Assembly: GCA_038065475.1 (NCBI GenBank)
Contig: JBBTQY010000008.1
Span: 6,562 to 70,561, forward strand
From: Patescibacteria group bacterium
GTDB lineage: Bacteria; Patescibacteriota; Minisyncoccia; Ryanbacterales; GWA2-47-10b
Direction: 5' to 3'
Length of the DNA: 64,000 bases
A model generated the notes under the pieces. The model was given only the letters and a program-made list of their open reading frames with translations, made no database searches and was not told the origin of the DNA. Position numbers and translations under genes: made by a program. Shown here piece by piece: positions 19,356 through 27,695 of this stretch. The number at the start of each line of letters is the position of its first letter. Position 1 is the first letter of the stretch.

Positions 19356-19796
19356 ATGCAAATAATATTCATCCGATACGGAGAATGGGAAAACGCCCAT
19401 ATAAATGAGCGGGGCAAGAAAACTATGCTTTCGGTCGCTCATAAATTAGAAAAATTTATACATAAACCTAATGCCAGTATCATAGTCGCGGATATTCCCC
19501 GTGCCATAGAAAGCGCGGCTATTCTATCTAAAGAATTACAACTACCTGAAGCAAAGCGAACATCAGAGCTGTTTGCTGAAGAAGAAAGTGGGAATCTGCC
19601 AAATATAGAAAAGGCCGCCTCGGTTGTACTTTCGGCGAGCGAACACAAAAACATCCTCATTGTTATCGCATCAAGAGAGTATCTGGAGCTACTCCCAAAT
19701 TATATTCTCGAGAAAAGAAATTCGGAAAAAGCTTCTGTTCAGCGCGGAGAAATACTTATTGTAGATATTGAAACTAATACTTTAAAAACGCTCTAG
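19356..19796 (+). CDS. hypothetical protein (histidine-phosphatase-like fold?) (cassette, opposite orientation)
   Basis: IFIRYGEWEN resembles the RHG motif region of the phosphoglycerate mutase family, but His is replaced by Tyr. Confidence 0.4.
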   Translation: MQIIFIRYGEWENAHINERGKKTMLSVAHKLEKFIHKPNASIIVADIPRAIESAAILSKELQLPEAKRTSELFAEEESGNLPNIEKAASVVLSASEHKNILIVIASREYLELLPNYILEKRNSEKASVQRGEILIVDIETNTLKTL

Positions 19797-19833
19797 ATAC
19801 TTGGGTCGCGAGTGCGATGGTATTATAACCCTC

Positions 19834-20268
19834 TTAGCTCAAATCGACCCAGAATGCCGTGTAATCGTTCCCTTTATGTAAGCCGAGATTCGTGTACCTC
19901 TCCTCTAAAGTCTTGTCATTAACTGGCGAATATACCAGAACTTGCGTATGACCCATTTCTTTTAGAGTATTCTCCGCCATCTTAAATAACTTCTTAGAAA
20001 TCTCGTCCTCATATTCTTTTTGTACAGCAAATCTAAGAAGCCATGCGGAACGACCATCCTCAAAAAGAGTAACGGTACCAACAATATCACCCTCTAATTC
20101 AGCAACTAATATTTTACTAGGATTTGTTGATGATAGCCTCCTTAATCTCTTTTCGCTGTCTCTTGCACCATCATACTGCCCGCCATATGTACTAGAGTTT
20201 TTATATAAAGCAAGCACCCCAGAATAGTCAGTGTCAGAATTATAATTCCTAATAGAAATTTCGTTCAT
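19834..20268 (-). CDS. GNAT family N-acetyltransferase (cassette)
   Basis: Acetyl-CoA binding motif region VGTVTLFEDG...RFAVQKEYEDEISKKL. Confidence 0.8.
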   Translation of the reverse strand: MNEISIRNYNSDTDYSGVLALYKNSSTYGGQYDGARDSEKRLRRLSSTNPSKILVAELEGDIVGTVTLFEDGRSAWLLRFAVQKEYEDEISKKLFKMAENTLKEMGHTQVLVYSPVNDKTLEERYTNLGLHKGNDYTAFWVDLS

Positions 20269-20379
20269 TATGCTTTTTATCGTATCAGAAAATTATATTT
20301 AGACCTATTTGGGTCACGAGTGCGGCGGTATTATAACTATTCTTGCTACCTCCTCACTAATATCCTAAGAGAAAATGTA

Positions 20380-20838
20380 TTAGAGTTGTGATTTTACTTT
20401 TGCTGAATAAATATTCTTCTCATCCTGAGATGGCCAATACGTATCATCGTGGCTCAAATATAAGCAATCCCCTTTATATCTAGGGTAGATATGAAGATGA
20501 TAATGCCAAACATCCTGATTACCAGCTGGCTCGTTATGCTGACGAGTAGAAACTCCATCGCACCCATAAGCTTTCTTTAAAGCAATGACAATTCTTTTTG
20601 ATGCATCCATTATCGCGTGGCCATACTCTTCTTCCATATCGTAAATGTTTTCAATGTGTTTATTTGGTATAACTATGACATGACCTCTGTTTGATCTCCA
20701 CCATTTACCAGCGATAAAACAAGTTACAAGATCATTACGATAAACAACATCCGCCTCGCAACTTCCCTTGGTAGTAGCCTCTCCTCTGGAGACCTGGCAC
20801 ATTGGGCACACATATCCTTTCGGCTCATGATTATACAT
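20380..20838 (-). CDS. HIT-family hydrolase (cassette adjacent to tRNA-His)
   Basis: Histidine triad HYHLHIYPR; N-terminal Cys cluster CPMCQ. Confidence 0.8.
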   Translation of the reverse strand: MYNHEPKGYVCPMCQVSRGEATTKGSCEADVVYRNDLVTCFIAGKWWRSNRGHVIVIPNKHIENIYDMEEEYGHAIMDASKRIVIALKKAYGCDGVSTRQHNEPAGNQDVWHYHLHIYPRYKGDCLYLSHDDTYWPSQDEKNIYSAKVKSQL

Positions 20839-20879
20839 ACCAAAAGCCTATCATAAAAGTTATATTCGACTCTATTTTG

Positions 20880-20952
20880 GGTGGCTAGAGGGAATCGAAC
20901 CCTCATCTCCGCTTCCACAGAGCGGCGCTCTAACCGCTGAGCTATAGCCACC
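20880..20952 (-). tRNA. tRNA-His(GTG) with encoded G-1, no encoded CCA
   Basis: G-1:C73, acceptor GTGGCTA/TAGCCAC, U8A9, D-arm GCTCAGCGGTTAGAGC, anticodon loop CTGTGGA, T-arm GAGGGTTCGATTCCCTC. Confidence 0.85.
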
Positions 20953-21106
20953 ATGATACTGACAACTCTAGCATACCAAAGTTGTCTTTTTCAAAATACA
21001 CGCGCCGCACAGAGCCGGCGCTCGTCGCGCCCCACGCGCGACCCGGGGCTTCACCCGTCGAAAGCTATATAAACGCTTTCGACCCACTGAGCTATAGCCA
21101 CCATGA
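20953..21106. repeat. hairpin-rich 133 bp insert bounded by a 20 nt direct duplication of the tRNA-His 5' end
   Basis: ctgagctatagccaccatga occurs at 20933-20955 (the real tRNA 5' end) and again at 21084-21106. Between them are five consecutive perfect hairpins, e.g. GTCGAAAGC..GCTTTCGAC and GTCGCGC..GCGCGAC. Confidence 0.5.
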
Positions 21107-21113
21107 TTACTTG

Positions 21114-21197
21114 TGCGTAGGGGGGGACTCGAACCCCCAATCTCTTGCGAGAACAAGGCCCTCAACCTTGCGCGTATACCAGTTCCGCCACCTACGC
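21114..21197 (-). tRNA. tRNA-Leu(GAG)
   Basis: GCGTAGG..; anticodon stem-loop CAAGG TTGAGGG CCTTG; long variable arm TCTCGCAAGAGA; T-arm GGGGGTTCGAGTCCCCC. Confidence 0.85.
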
Positions 21198-21201
21198 GAT
21201 A

Positions 21202-21897
21202 TTACAGTGCAACACCGATTATATCTAAAGCTTTCTCAATTTTCAACCGCTTTCTCTTGAGACATACAACTTTCGTAGTGGGGTACAATTTTCTTAAAAG
21301 TATTATGGAATCTTTTTTTGCGTATTTTAGTTGATGTGTCCCCTTGCCACCCCTATTCATATGGCCTTTTATTTTGAGTCTCATCTCAACTTCGTACCGA
21401 ATCCAATCAAGATGTGCTTTGCTCGCAGATATAAAAATTGTATAAAACATGAAACTTGAGCGCCAACGCGGATCATAGTACGAATAAAACGATCCATCGC
21501 CGTCAAAACAACCACGCAGGAAGTCAAAGAAAAATCTTGGCGGAATATCAAGCGAGGAAAGAATATGCGATTTTGCAGGCATGAGACCGATACCTAGTAA
21601 AAATTTATAAAAAAGTACATCTCCAAACTGAATTCTTGTATAAATTTTTTTTAAACCATACCCGGAGCGCTTTCTGCCAATTTTATTTTTGAGTCCCAGA
21701 CACTTCAAAAATGTCCGTAACTGTTCGATGTCCTTTGAAGTAAGATCGATATGACGTCCATCATTTGATAAACATCCATCAGTCACTAACAACCCGATAG
21801 CATAGGCAAACTCAGGCGACCATCGTATCGCCACCTTCCCTTCTGGTTTTCTACCAACCATAACAATATCATACCTCAAGCTTGTAGCGTATGCCAA
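21202..21897 (-). CDS. LAGLIDADG homing endonuclease, free-standing (start more likely ATG at 21861 than TTG at 21897)
   Basis: Two LAGLIDADG motifs, AYAIGLLVTDGCLS and DFLRGCFDGDGSF. Stop is 4 nt from the tRNA-Leu 5' end; no host intron or intein detected. Confidence 0.8.
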   Translation of the reverse strand: MAYATSLRYDIVMVGRKPEGKVAIRWSPEFAYAIGLLVTDGCLSNDGRHIDLTSKDIEQLRTFLKCLGLKNKIGRKRSGYGLKKIYTRIQFGDVLFYKFLLGIGLMPAKSHILSSLDIPPRFFFDFLRGCFDGDGSFYSYYDPRWRSSFMFYTIFISASKAHLDWIRYEVEMRLKIKGHMNRGGKGTHQLKYAKKDSIILLRKLYPTTKVVCLKRKRLKIEKALDIIGVAL

Positions 21898-21900
21898 AAC

Positions 21901-21934
21901 TTATAAACAAAAAGGAGGATATTACTCCTCCTTT
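21901..21934 (-). terminator. rho-independent terminator of rplS (hairpin includes the stop codon)
   Basis: Minus strand aaaggaggagtaatatcctcctttttgttt. Confidence 0.5.
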
Positions 21935-22290
21935 GTGGCCTCTGTCTTTTTCTCTTCTTTTGGCATTTCGAATCGCACTTGGCGCATCTTCTTGCGCGTA
22001 TCGCGCGCTGCCTTGTCACGGATATAGTAAAGCTTGGCACGGCGTACGCGAGTCGCGCGGCGTACGATCTCTACTTTTTCAATGTTTGGAGAATGCACAG
22101 GAAAAATACGCTCAACACCCACACCGGCGGATACTTTGCGTACGGTAAAAGTACCCTCAACACCTTTGCCGTGCTTTTGGGCGATGATAAGACCCTCGAA
22201 TGTCTGAAGACGAGACTTGTCACCTTCTTTGATCTTCTGTACCACGCGAATGGTATCGCCTGGCTTCATGTCTACCTGTGCTGGCTTCAT
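21922..22290 (-). CDS. rplS: 50S ribosomal protein L19
   Basis: [46 protein letters not shown] matches the conserved L19 core. Confidence 0.9.
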   Translation of the reverse strand: MKPAQVDMKPGDTIRVVQKIKEGDKSRLQTFEGLIIAQKHGKGVEGTFTVRKVSAGVGVERIFPVHSPNIEKVEIVRRATRVRRAKLYYIRDKAARDTRKKMRQVRFEMPKEEKKTEATKEE

Positions 22291-22309
22291 AGAATCCCTT
22301 TATATCACA

Positions 22310-23011
22310 CTATTTTATAGCGCGCAACACTCTGAGTGCATCCGCAAGATCTTTGGGTAGAGGCGAGACGAGCTCAAGCTTTTTACCTGATGGGGCATCG
22401 AATATGAGTGAATAAGCATGCAAAAATTGACGCCCAAGACCTGTAGGACATATATAGCGCTTGCCACCATAGAGCTTGTCGCATGCTACTGGATACCCAA
22501 TATGCGCAAGATGCGAGCGGATCTGATGAGTGCGGCCCGTCTTGGGTGATGCCTCTACCAATGTATAGTCAGGCAAGCGTTCAAGCACATGATAGTGTGT
22601 GATAGCTTCGCGTGACCTCCCCTGCCCGCCACCCACCACACGCTTTTGAAAATTTTTGGTCGAGCGCGCTATCGGCTCGTTGACAATACCGCTCTCGTCT
22701 TTCATCTCGCCTATCACGAGTGTCTGATATTTTTTTTCAATACCGCCTGACTGAAAAAGTTTTTTGATATACAAAAATGCGTCTTGATTTTTAGCGACGA
22801 GCAACACACCCGATGTATCTTTATCAAGCCGATGCACAATACCCGGACGATCGGGGCTCTCTCCCACTCCTTTTACTTCAGGTCGGTTCTCTAATAGCCA
22901 ATCGACAACCGTACCACTCGTATGCGTTGCATCATGATGCACAACAATGCCCGCGGGTTTGTCGAGCGCCAGCACATCATCGTCTTCATATATAACCTTT
23001 GGCTCCTCCAT
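22310..23011 (-). CDS. RluA-family pseudouridine synthase
   Basis: Catalytic motif HRLDKDTSGVLLVAKN. Confidence 0.85.
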   Translation of the reverse strand: MEEPKVIYEDDDVLALDKPAGIVVHHDATHTSGTVVDWLLENRPEVKGVGESPDRPGIVHRLDKDTSGVLLVAKNQDAFLYIKKLFQSGGIEKKYQTLVIGEMKDESGIVNEPIARSTKNFQKRVVGGGQGRSREAITHYHVLERLPDYTLVEASPKTGRTHQIRSHLAHIGYPVACDKLYGGKRYICPTGLGRQFLHAYSLIFDAPSGKKLELVSPLPKDLADALRVLRAIK

Positions 23012-23424
23012 TATTGAGCGTTACGGATTTTTTCGGCAATTGTTTTTATATCTTCCGTAGGAGTATTCGCCACCACCGATTGTACCGAGTGACCTCCATC
23101 ACCCGCCCAACGCGGCATGATATGAAAATGCATATGATCAACCTCTTGGCCTGACACACGCCCATGATTCATGCCGAGCGTAAAAGCATCGGGCGAGAGA
23201 GCGCGCTTGACCATGCCTACTACTTTCTGCGTCGCTTCAAAAAAAGGTCCAACTTGCTCGCGCGGCAAATCCAACAAAGTCTCAGCATGAGTTTTTGGAA
23301 TTATCATGGTATGCCCTGGAGACCTGGGGAGGATGTCAAGAAAGGCAAAAACCGTATCATCTTCATACACCTTATCTGCAGGTATTTCTCCTTTGGCAAT
23401 TTTACAAAAAATACATGAATCCAT
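23011..23424 (-). CDS. HIT-family protein (HinT-like)
   Basis: Start at MDSCIFCKIAKGEIP; histidine triad HMHFHIMPR. The track extension to 23508 would overlap the ClpB-like gene. Confidence 0.75.
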   Translation of the reverse strand: MDSCIFCKIAKGEIPADKVYEDDTVFAFLDILPRSPGHTMIIPKTHAETLLDLPREQVGPFFEATQKVVGMVKRALSPDAFTLGMNHGRVSGQEVDHMHFHIMPRWAGDGGHSVQSVVANTPTEDIKTIAEKIRNAQ

Positions 23425-23428
23425 ATAT

Positions 23429-25882
23429 CTATAATGCAGCAATATCTTCGCTTGTAAACCGAAACGTATCGCCGCGCTTGAGTGTACCCTCCAAAATCTT
23501 TTTGGCAATCACCTGCTCGACGCGGTCAGCGATCGCTCTGCGCATAGGGCGCGCGCCGAACGTTGGATCATAACCAATTTCTACTACACGCGCAGCGAGT
23601 TCAGGCGTGGGCTCAAAAATAATTTCTTGCTTTTGAAGTCTTTTGGTTAAATCTTGCAAGAGCAACATCGCCACTTGAGTAAGCTCGGCCTTATCGAGCG
23701 GCCGATAGACGATAGCTGCATCAAAACGGTTAAGAAGCTCGGGGGCAAAGATACGCTCGCGGCGAATCGCATCAATCACGCGACGCTCAATGTCAGCAAC
23801 CTCCCTACCTTCTTTGAGCAGATCCCAAATGATATTGGCGCCGGCGTTGGAAGTGACGATAATCATCGTCTCACGCGCAGAAACCTTTTTACCCGCGCCA
23901 TCGGAAAAAATGCCTTCATCGAGAATCTGCAAAAAGAGATTGTGCACCTCACGCGACGCTTTTTCAAACTCATCAAAGAGCAAAAGGGAAAATGGTTTCT
24001 CGCGCAAACGCGATACGAGAATACCAGGATCATGCGAATCACGCGAACCGATCAATTTTTCAATACCGTCCGCGCCCTGATATTCAGACATATCAAATCG
24101 AAACATTGAGTCTTCTCCGCCAAAGTATGTTGCGGCGAGTGCTTTTGCGGTTTCGGTCTTACCCACGCCTGTGGGTCCCAAAAAAAGAAACGAACCGACG
24201 GGGCGTGTACCCGCACGCAGCCCCGAGCGCGCCCTGCGCAACGCGTCCGCTACCGCATGCATCGCGCGGCTCTGGCCGATAACACGTGCCTCCAAAAATT
24301 CTTCTAGGTGCAAAAGCTTTGAGCGCTCTTCAGGCTCGGCAGCAGTTGTAGGTATATGCGTCTTTTTCTCGACAACCGCATCAATATCGGCAGGCATGAT
24401 GACGATACGATCTGCAGAAGTCGCTGATACTGCTTGTTCCAAAAGGTCAATTGCTTTTTCAGGCATAGCGCCTTGCGTGATAAAGCGATCTGCTAAATCA
24501 TAAGCACGCAAAAGCGCAGGGTAGGTAAAAAATCTGTGTGTATGCGACTCGATGGCACCGAGTGCGTCTTCCAGCATGCCGATCACACGCTCGCGCGTAG
24601 GCTCTTCGAGCATTACTTTTTCAAAGAGTTTCATGATCTTGCCATTGGGTTCAAGATCTTGATGAAACAAATCTGTATCAGAGAGCGCTACAATTTGAAT
24701 CGCCGAGCCGGCCATGTATGGCTCAAGTAGCGAAATCGCATCAACACCAAGCTGGGCTGCCGAATCGATAAAACTCGGAAAGTTCTCAATGACTAACAGT
24801 ATGTTGCCCGCGCCCGTCGCCTCATTAAACATTTGTATCATAAGCCCTTCAAACGCACCTTTTGTTTGTGCCGCCGCCACAACTGATGAGCTATCAAAAA
24901 ATACTACGCGCTTATGTTCAAGCGCTGGATGCGCGCGCCCCGTACGAATCCATTCAGTAAGACCTTCGAGTACTGCATGTTTACCTGAGCCCTCTTCACC
25001 CACCAGCAACACATTGGCCTGCGTATTGCGCGCGAGTATTTCTTCGAGCTGTTCTATTTCTTCAAGACGCGCCTCGCGCGCAAAATACGTCGTCGCATAC
25101 GAAAGATCGTGCGAGTACTGGTTGAGCGTCCACGTGTAGCCAAACCCCAAGTCTTTCCCTATGCCGGGTATGCGCGAAAGGCGCATTCTCGACCACCAGC
25201 GCATGCGCGCATATTCTTCCTCAAATGCAGACTCGACCCACCGGGAAGCACCCTCTAGATCTTCACGCTTTATCTCATGAGCAAACAAAAACTCGGCAAA
25301 TGATTTGTCCATATCAACGCCCGCGAGAATGATACGTGTAAATGATAATTCACGTGTATCACCCGCGATTGCTTCGAGAGGAGTTTCCTCGGCACCAGTA
25401 GTAGGATACGCTTGCAGCCATGCACTATAGTCACCGCGCGAAATACCGAGGCGAAAAAGAAGTAAATGAAATGCATCCGTATCTGCAACCGCCTGCCACC
25501 ACTCACGAAACGCGAGGCGATCATTGGGTTGGCGATACATAAGTGCCCAGATGCGCAGCGCCTCAGGCGTCACAACCACCTTACCTGAACCGACGACGAC
25601 GGTTTGGCGCACAAGCGCACTGCGATAATAAAATTCGATAAACCCAAAAAAGAAAAAGAGCGCGAGCGCCATAAGCCCTACTCCACCAGCAACATCAGCG
25701 TGCAACGCATTAAATCTTGCAACAAGCTCAAGATTTCCTTGTGCGGCCTTCGTCAATATTGCTACCGCGATAAAAAAACTAAGGCCGACGATGCCAGCAA
25801 ACAAAAATATTTTGATAATCATGCCGCGCGCGCCCGCAGACAATGACTGCTCGATACGTAAAATATGTAAACGCGGAATCAT
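23429..25882 (-). CDS. ClpA/ClpB-family AAA+ ATPase with N-terminal TM helices and an atypical first Walker A
   Basis: NBD2 has GPTGVGKTETAKALA and sensor motifs. NBD1 Walker A reads GEEGSGKHA (KH instead of KT). Two hydrophobic helices precede a Clp_N-like repeat. Confidence 0.75.
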   Translation of the reverse strand: MIPRLHILRIEQSLSAGARGMIIKIFLFAGIVGLSFFIAVAILTKAAQGNLELVARFNALHADVAGGVGLMALALFFFFGFIEFYYRSALVRQTVVVGSGKVVVTPEALRIWALMYRQPNDRLAFREWWQAVADTDAFHLLLFRLGISRGDYSAWLQAYPTTGAEETPLEAIAGDTRELSFTRIILAGVDMDKSFAEFLFAHEIKREDLEGASRWVESAFEEEYARMRWWSRMRLSRIPGIGKDLGFGYTWTLNQYSHDLSYATTYFAREARLEEIEQLEEILARNTQANVLLVGEEGSGKHAVLEGLTEWIRTGRAHPALEHKRVVFFDSSSVVAAAQTKGAFEGLMIQMFNEATGAGNILLVIENFPSFIDSAAQLGVDAISLLEPYMAGSAIQIVALSDTDLFHQDLEPNGKIMKLFEKVMLEEPTRERVIGMLEDALGAIESHTHRFFTYPALLRAYDLADRFITQGAMPEKAIDLLEQAVSATSADRIVIMPADIDAVVEKKTHIPTTAAEPEERSKLLHLEEFLEARVIGQSRAMHAVADALRRARSGLRAGTRPVGSFLFLGPTGVGKTETAKALAATYFGGEDSMFRFDMSEYQGADGIEKLIGSRDSHDPGILVSRLREKPFSLLLFDEFEKASREVHNLFLQILDEGIFSDGAGKKVSARETMIIVTSNAGANIIWDLLKEGREVADIERRVIDAIRRERIFAPELLNRFDAAIVYRPLDKAELTQVAMLLLQDLTKRLQKQEIIFEPTPELAARVVEIGYDPTFGARPMRRAIADRVEQVIAKKILEGTLKRGDTFRFTSEDIAAL

Positions 25883-25883
25883 A

Positions 25884-26273
25884 TTAGAAGATAATCATCC
25901 ACAACCCACCGATAAAAAGTGCGGGGATCATCACAGGGCTCAAGAGCGCTGCTGAAAGTACAAAAAATCCCAGTACAAACGCAATCACCTGCACGCCAAG
26001 CCCCGCGATAATAAAAATCAACCGCACAAAAGCCCCCACAATGCGCATCAAGATATTGATAACAAACACTTCAAATATATCTTCTGGATCAAAACCTTGT
26101 TTTTTGCGCTCGCGCATACGATGAAATGGCGCAAACAAACTGCGGACAAGTTCGGGCACTGAAAAAAAATGCAACAAAAACCATTGGATATTCATCCACG
26201 CCTCAAACATCAGTATGAGACCTGCCTCGTACTGCCACCAAAGATATTCCCCCACTGCGAGGGCACTAGTCAT
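25884..26273 (-). CDS. hypothetical membrane protein
   Basis: Four TM helices. Confidence 0.4.
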   Translation of the reverse strand: MTSALAVGEYLWWQYEAGLILMFEAWMNIQWFLLHFFSVPELVRSLFAPFHRMRERKKQGFDPEDIFEVFVINILMRIVGAFVRLIFIIAGLGVQVIAFVLGFFVLSAALLSPVMIPALFIGGLWMIIF

Positions 26274-26285
26274 GTGTTTAGTATA

Positions 26286-26975
26286 TCACGCGCCGAATCT
26301 TCGTTCACGGCTTTGAAAGTCCTTGATAGCATTTTCAAAATCATCGGGCGTAAAATCGGGCCAAAGCTTTTCCGTAAAATGAAGTTGTGCATCAGCGGTA
26401 TCCCACATCATAAAACCAGCGGACAGGTGCGGATCACCGCCCGTGCGGATGACGAGATCTACCGACGGCAAATCACGCGTCCAGAGATATTCTTTGGGCG
26501 AAGTAAATGGTTTGCCCGAAGCCACGGCCGCCTCAAATGCGCGCATCATCTCAGTTTTGCCGTCATAGCAAAGTAAAAGATTCATAATATGCTTTTTGCG
26601 ATCTTTAGTCTCTTCAATGACGCGCTCACCAGTCTCTACAAGTTTTTTGGGGAAAAGTGTGCGCCACTCACCCAAAATAGACACGCGCACATCATGCTCT
26701 TTGAGTCTTGGATTTTCGAGCGCGTCTAATAACGCCTTTGAGAAAGCTTCCAGCAAAAAATCCACCTCGGGTTTGGAGCGCTTTTTGATATTATCAACAC
26801 TCATCCCCCAAAACGACATGCAAAAAACATTGAGATCGAGTGCGCGATCAATAACTTTTTCATATGCGGTAATACCTTCTTTATGTCCGAGCCACGGGAA
26901 AAGCCCTCGTTCTTTGGCCCACCGACGATTGCCGTCAGGGATGATGGCTATATGCCCTACAGAATAATCCTGCAT
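26286..26975 (-). CDS. uppS: undecaprenyl-diphosphate synthase (cis-isoprenyl transferase)
   Basis: GHIAIIPDGNRRWAKERG and downstream ...RTGGDPHLSAGFMMWD motifs. Confidence 0.9.
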   Translation of the reverse strand: MQDYSVGHIAIIPDGNRRWAKERGLFPWLGHKEGITAYEKVIDRALDLNVFCMSFWGMSVDNIKKRSKPEVDFLLEAFSKALLDALENPRLKEHDVRVSILGEWRTLFPKKLVETGERVIEETKDRKKHIMNLLLCYDGKTEMMRAFEAAVASGKPFTSPKEYLWTRDLPSVDLVIRTGGDPHLSAGFMMWDTADAQLHFTEKLWPDFTPDDFENAIKDFQSRERRFGA

Positions 26976-27053
26976 AATGTTTTCTAGTATACCGAGATAA
27001 CGCTTTAGAGGGAAGATTGGTCAGCGACAAGAGTGGAATGATACAATAAATCT

Positions 27054-27218
27054 ATGAATAAAGATTTACTTGCGAGGGCTGCTACCATATTTTTTATTAT
27101 ACTAATAAGCCTCATATTTTGGTCAGGCATCGAACCTCTCAGGTCTATGCAAGGCCTAATAATGATAGGTTGGTACGCAATTCTATCTTTAGGACTCGCA
27201 ATAATAACTAAAAAATAA
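27054..27218 (+). CDS. possible small membrane protein, 54 aa
   Basis: MNKDLLARAATIFFIILISLIFWSG...; alternative to the antisense track ORF 27005..27238; weak. Confidence 0.25.
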   Translation: MNKDLLARAATIFFIILISLIFWSGIEPLRSMQGLIMIGWYAILSLGLAIITKK

Positions 27219-27250
27219 AGCTTGAAAACTGCAAGCAAGATGCTACTCTA

Positions 27251-27322
27251 GGTCCCACATGGCCCTATCGTCTAATGGTTAGGACAGCGCTCTTTCAAGG
27301 CGTAAATCCGGGTTCGATTCCC
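27251..27322 (+). tRNA. tRNA-Glu(TTC)
   Basis: GGCCCTA TC GTCT AATGGTTA GGAC A GCGCT CTTTCAA GGCGT ... CCGGGTTCGATTCCCGG TGGGGCC G. Confidence 0.8.
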
Positions 27323-27367
27323 GGTGGGGCCGCTTATAAAAAATAATACGCGTGGTACACTGCTCTT

Positions 27368-27592
27368 ATGGAACAACTTCCTCAAAACCAAGAAATCGGC
27401 GAGCGAGAACTTCGCCTGAAGCCTGGCATAGAAGTCCGTGATGCGGACGGAAAGATATGGACCATCTTTGGTTATAGTGAAGAAAAAGATGAATATCTCC
27501 TTATCAAAGGAGAAGACGATAAACTCCAAGGCGAGGCTCAAGCAATGCAGCGTAAAAGAATTCCACGCACCGAGCTGGAAAGTCTCAACTAA
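27368..27592 (+). CDS. hypothetical small protein
   Basis: 74 aa ORF between two tRNAs; no strong RBS. Confidence 0.35.
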   Translation: MEQLPQNQEIGERELRLKPGIEVRDADGKIWTIFGYSEEKDEYLLIKGEDDKLQGEAQAMQRKRIPRTELESLN

Positions 27593-27618
27593 ATGCTCTA
27601 GAATAAACGCGTTGTTTT

Positions 27619-27694
27619 TGCGCGATTAGCTCAGTGGTAGAGCGTCACATTGACATTGTGAAGGCCGCAGGTTCGATCCCTGCATCGCGCACCA
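27619..27694 (+). tRNA. tRNA-Val(GAC), CCA encoded
   Basis: GCGCGAT TA GCTCAGTGGTAGAGC G TCACA TTGACAT TGTGA .. GCAGGTTCGATCCCTGC ATCGCGC A CCA. Confidence 0.9.
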
Positions 27695-27695
27695 A

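Larger units (their letters stand above)
13495..20880. repeat. array of about 13 degenerate repeats derived from the tRNA-His 3' end and downstream flank, separating single-gene cassettes
   Basis: Copies at about 13495-13543, 14496-14529, 14989-15068, 15527-15625, 15917-15991, 16753-16862, 17235-17271, 17691-17832, 18533-18600, 19268-19308, 19797-19830, 20291-20337 and 20856-20880. Core reads GTTATATTsGAyTCTATTTwGGGTCGCGAGTGCGGTGGTATTATAAC; on the minus strand CGCACTCGCGACCCAAAAGA aligns to the tRNA-His 3' end CCCTCTAGCCACCCAAAATAGA. Confidence 0.7.

Noticed and set aside
13495-20880. A regularly spaced repeat array, considered as a CRISPR locus
   Set aside because: The intervals are 300-1000 bp and each contains a complete gene with RBS and terminator. 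The repeats are degenerate, vary in length (35-140 bp) and derive from tRNA-His. No cas genes are present.
20968-21334. Three overlapping ORFs (20968-21165 minus, 20982-21260 plus, 21113-21334 plus)
   Set aside because: They cover tRNA-His, the hairpin insert and tRNA-Leu, and have no RBS.
13484-21900. Prophage or integrative conjugative element spanning the tRNA-His locus
   Set aside because: There is no integrase, terminase, capsid, relaxase or T4SS gene. The only mobile-type gene is the LAGLIDADG endonuclease.
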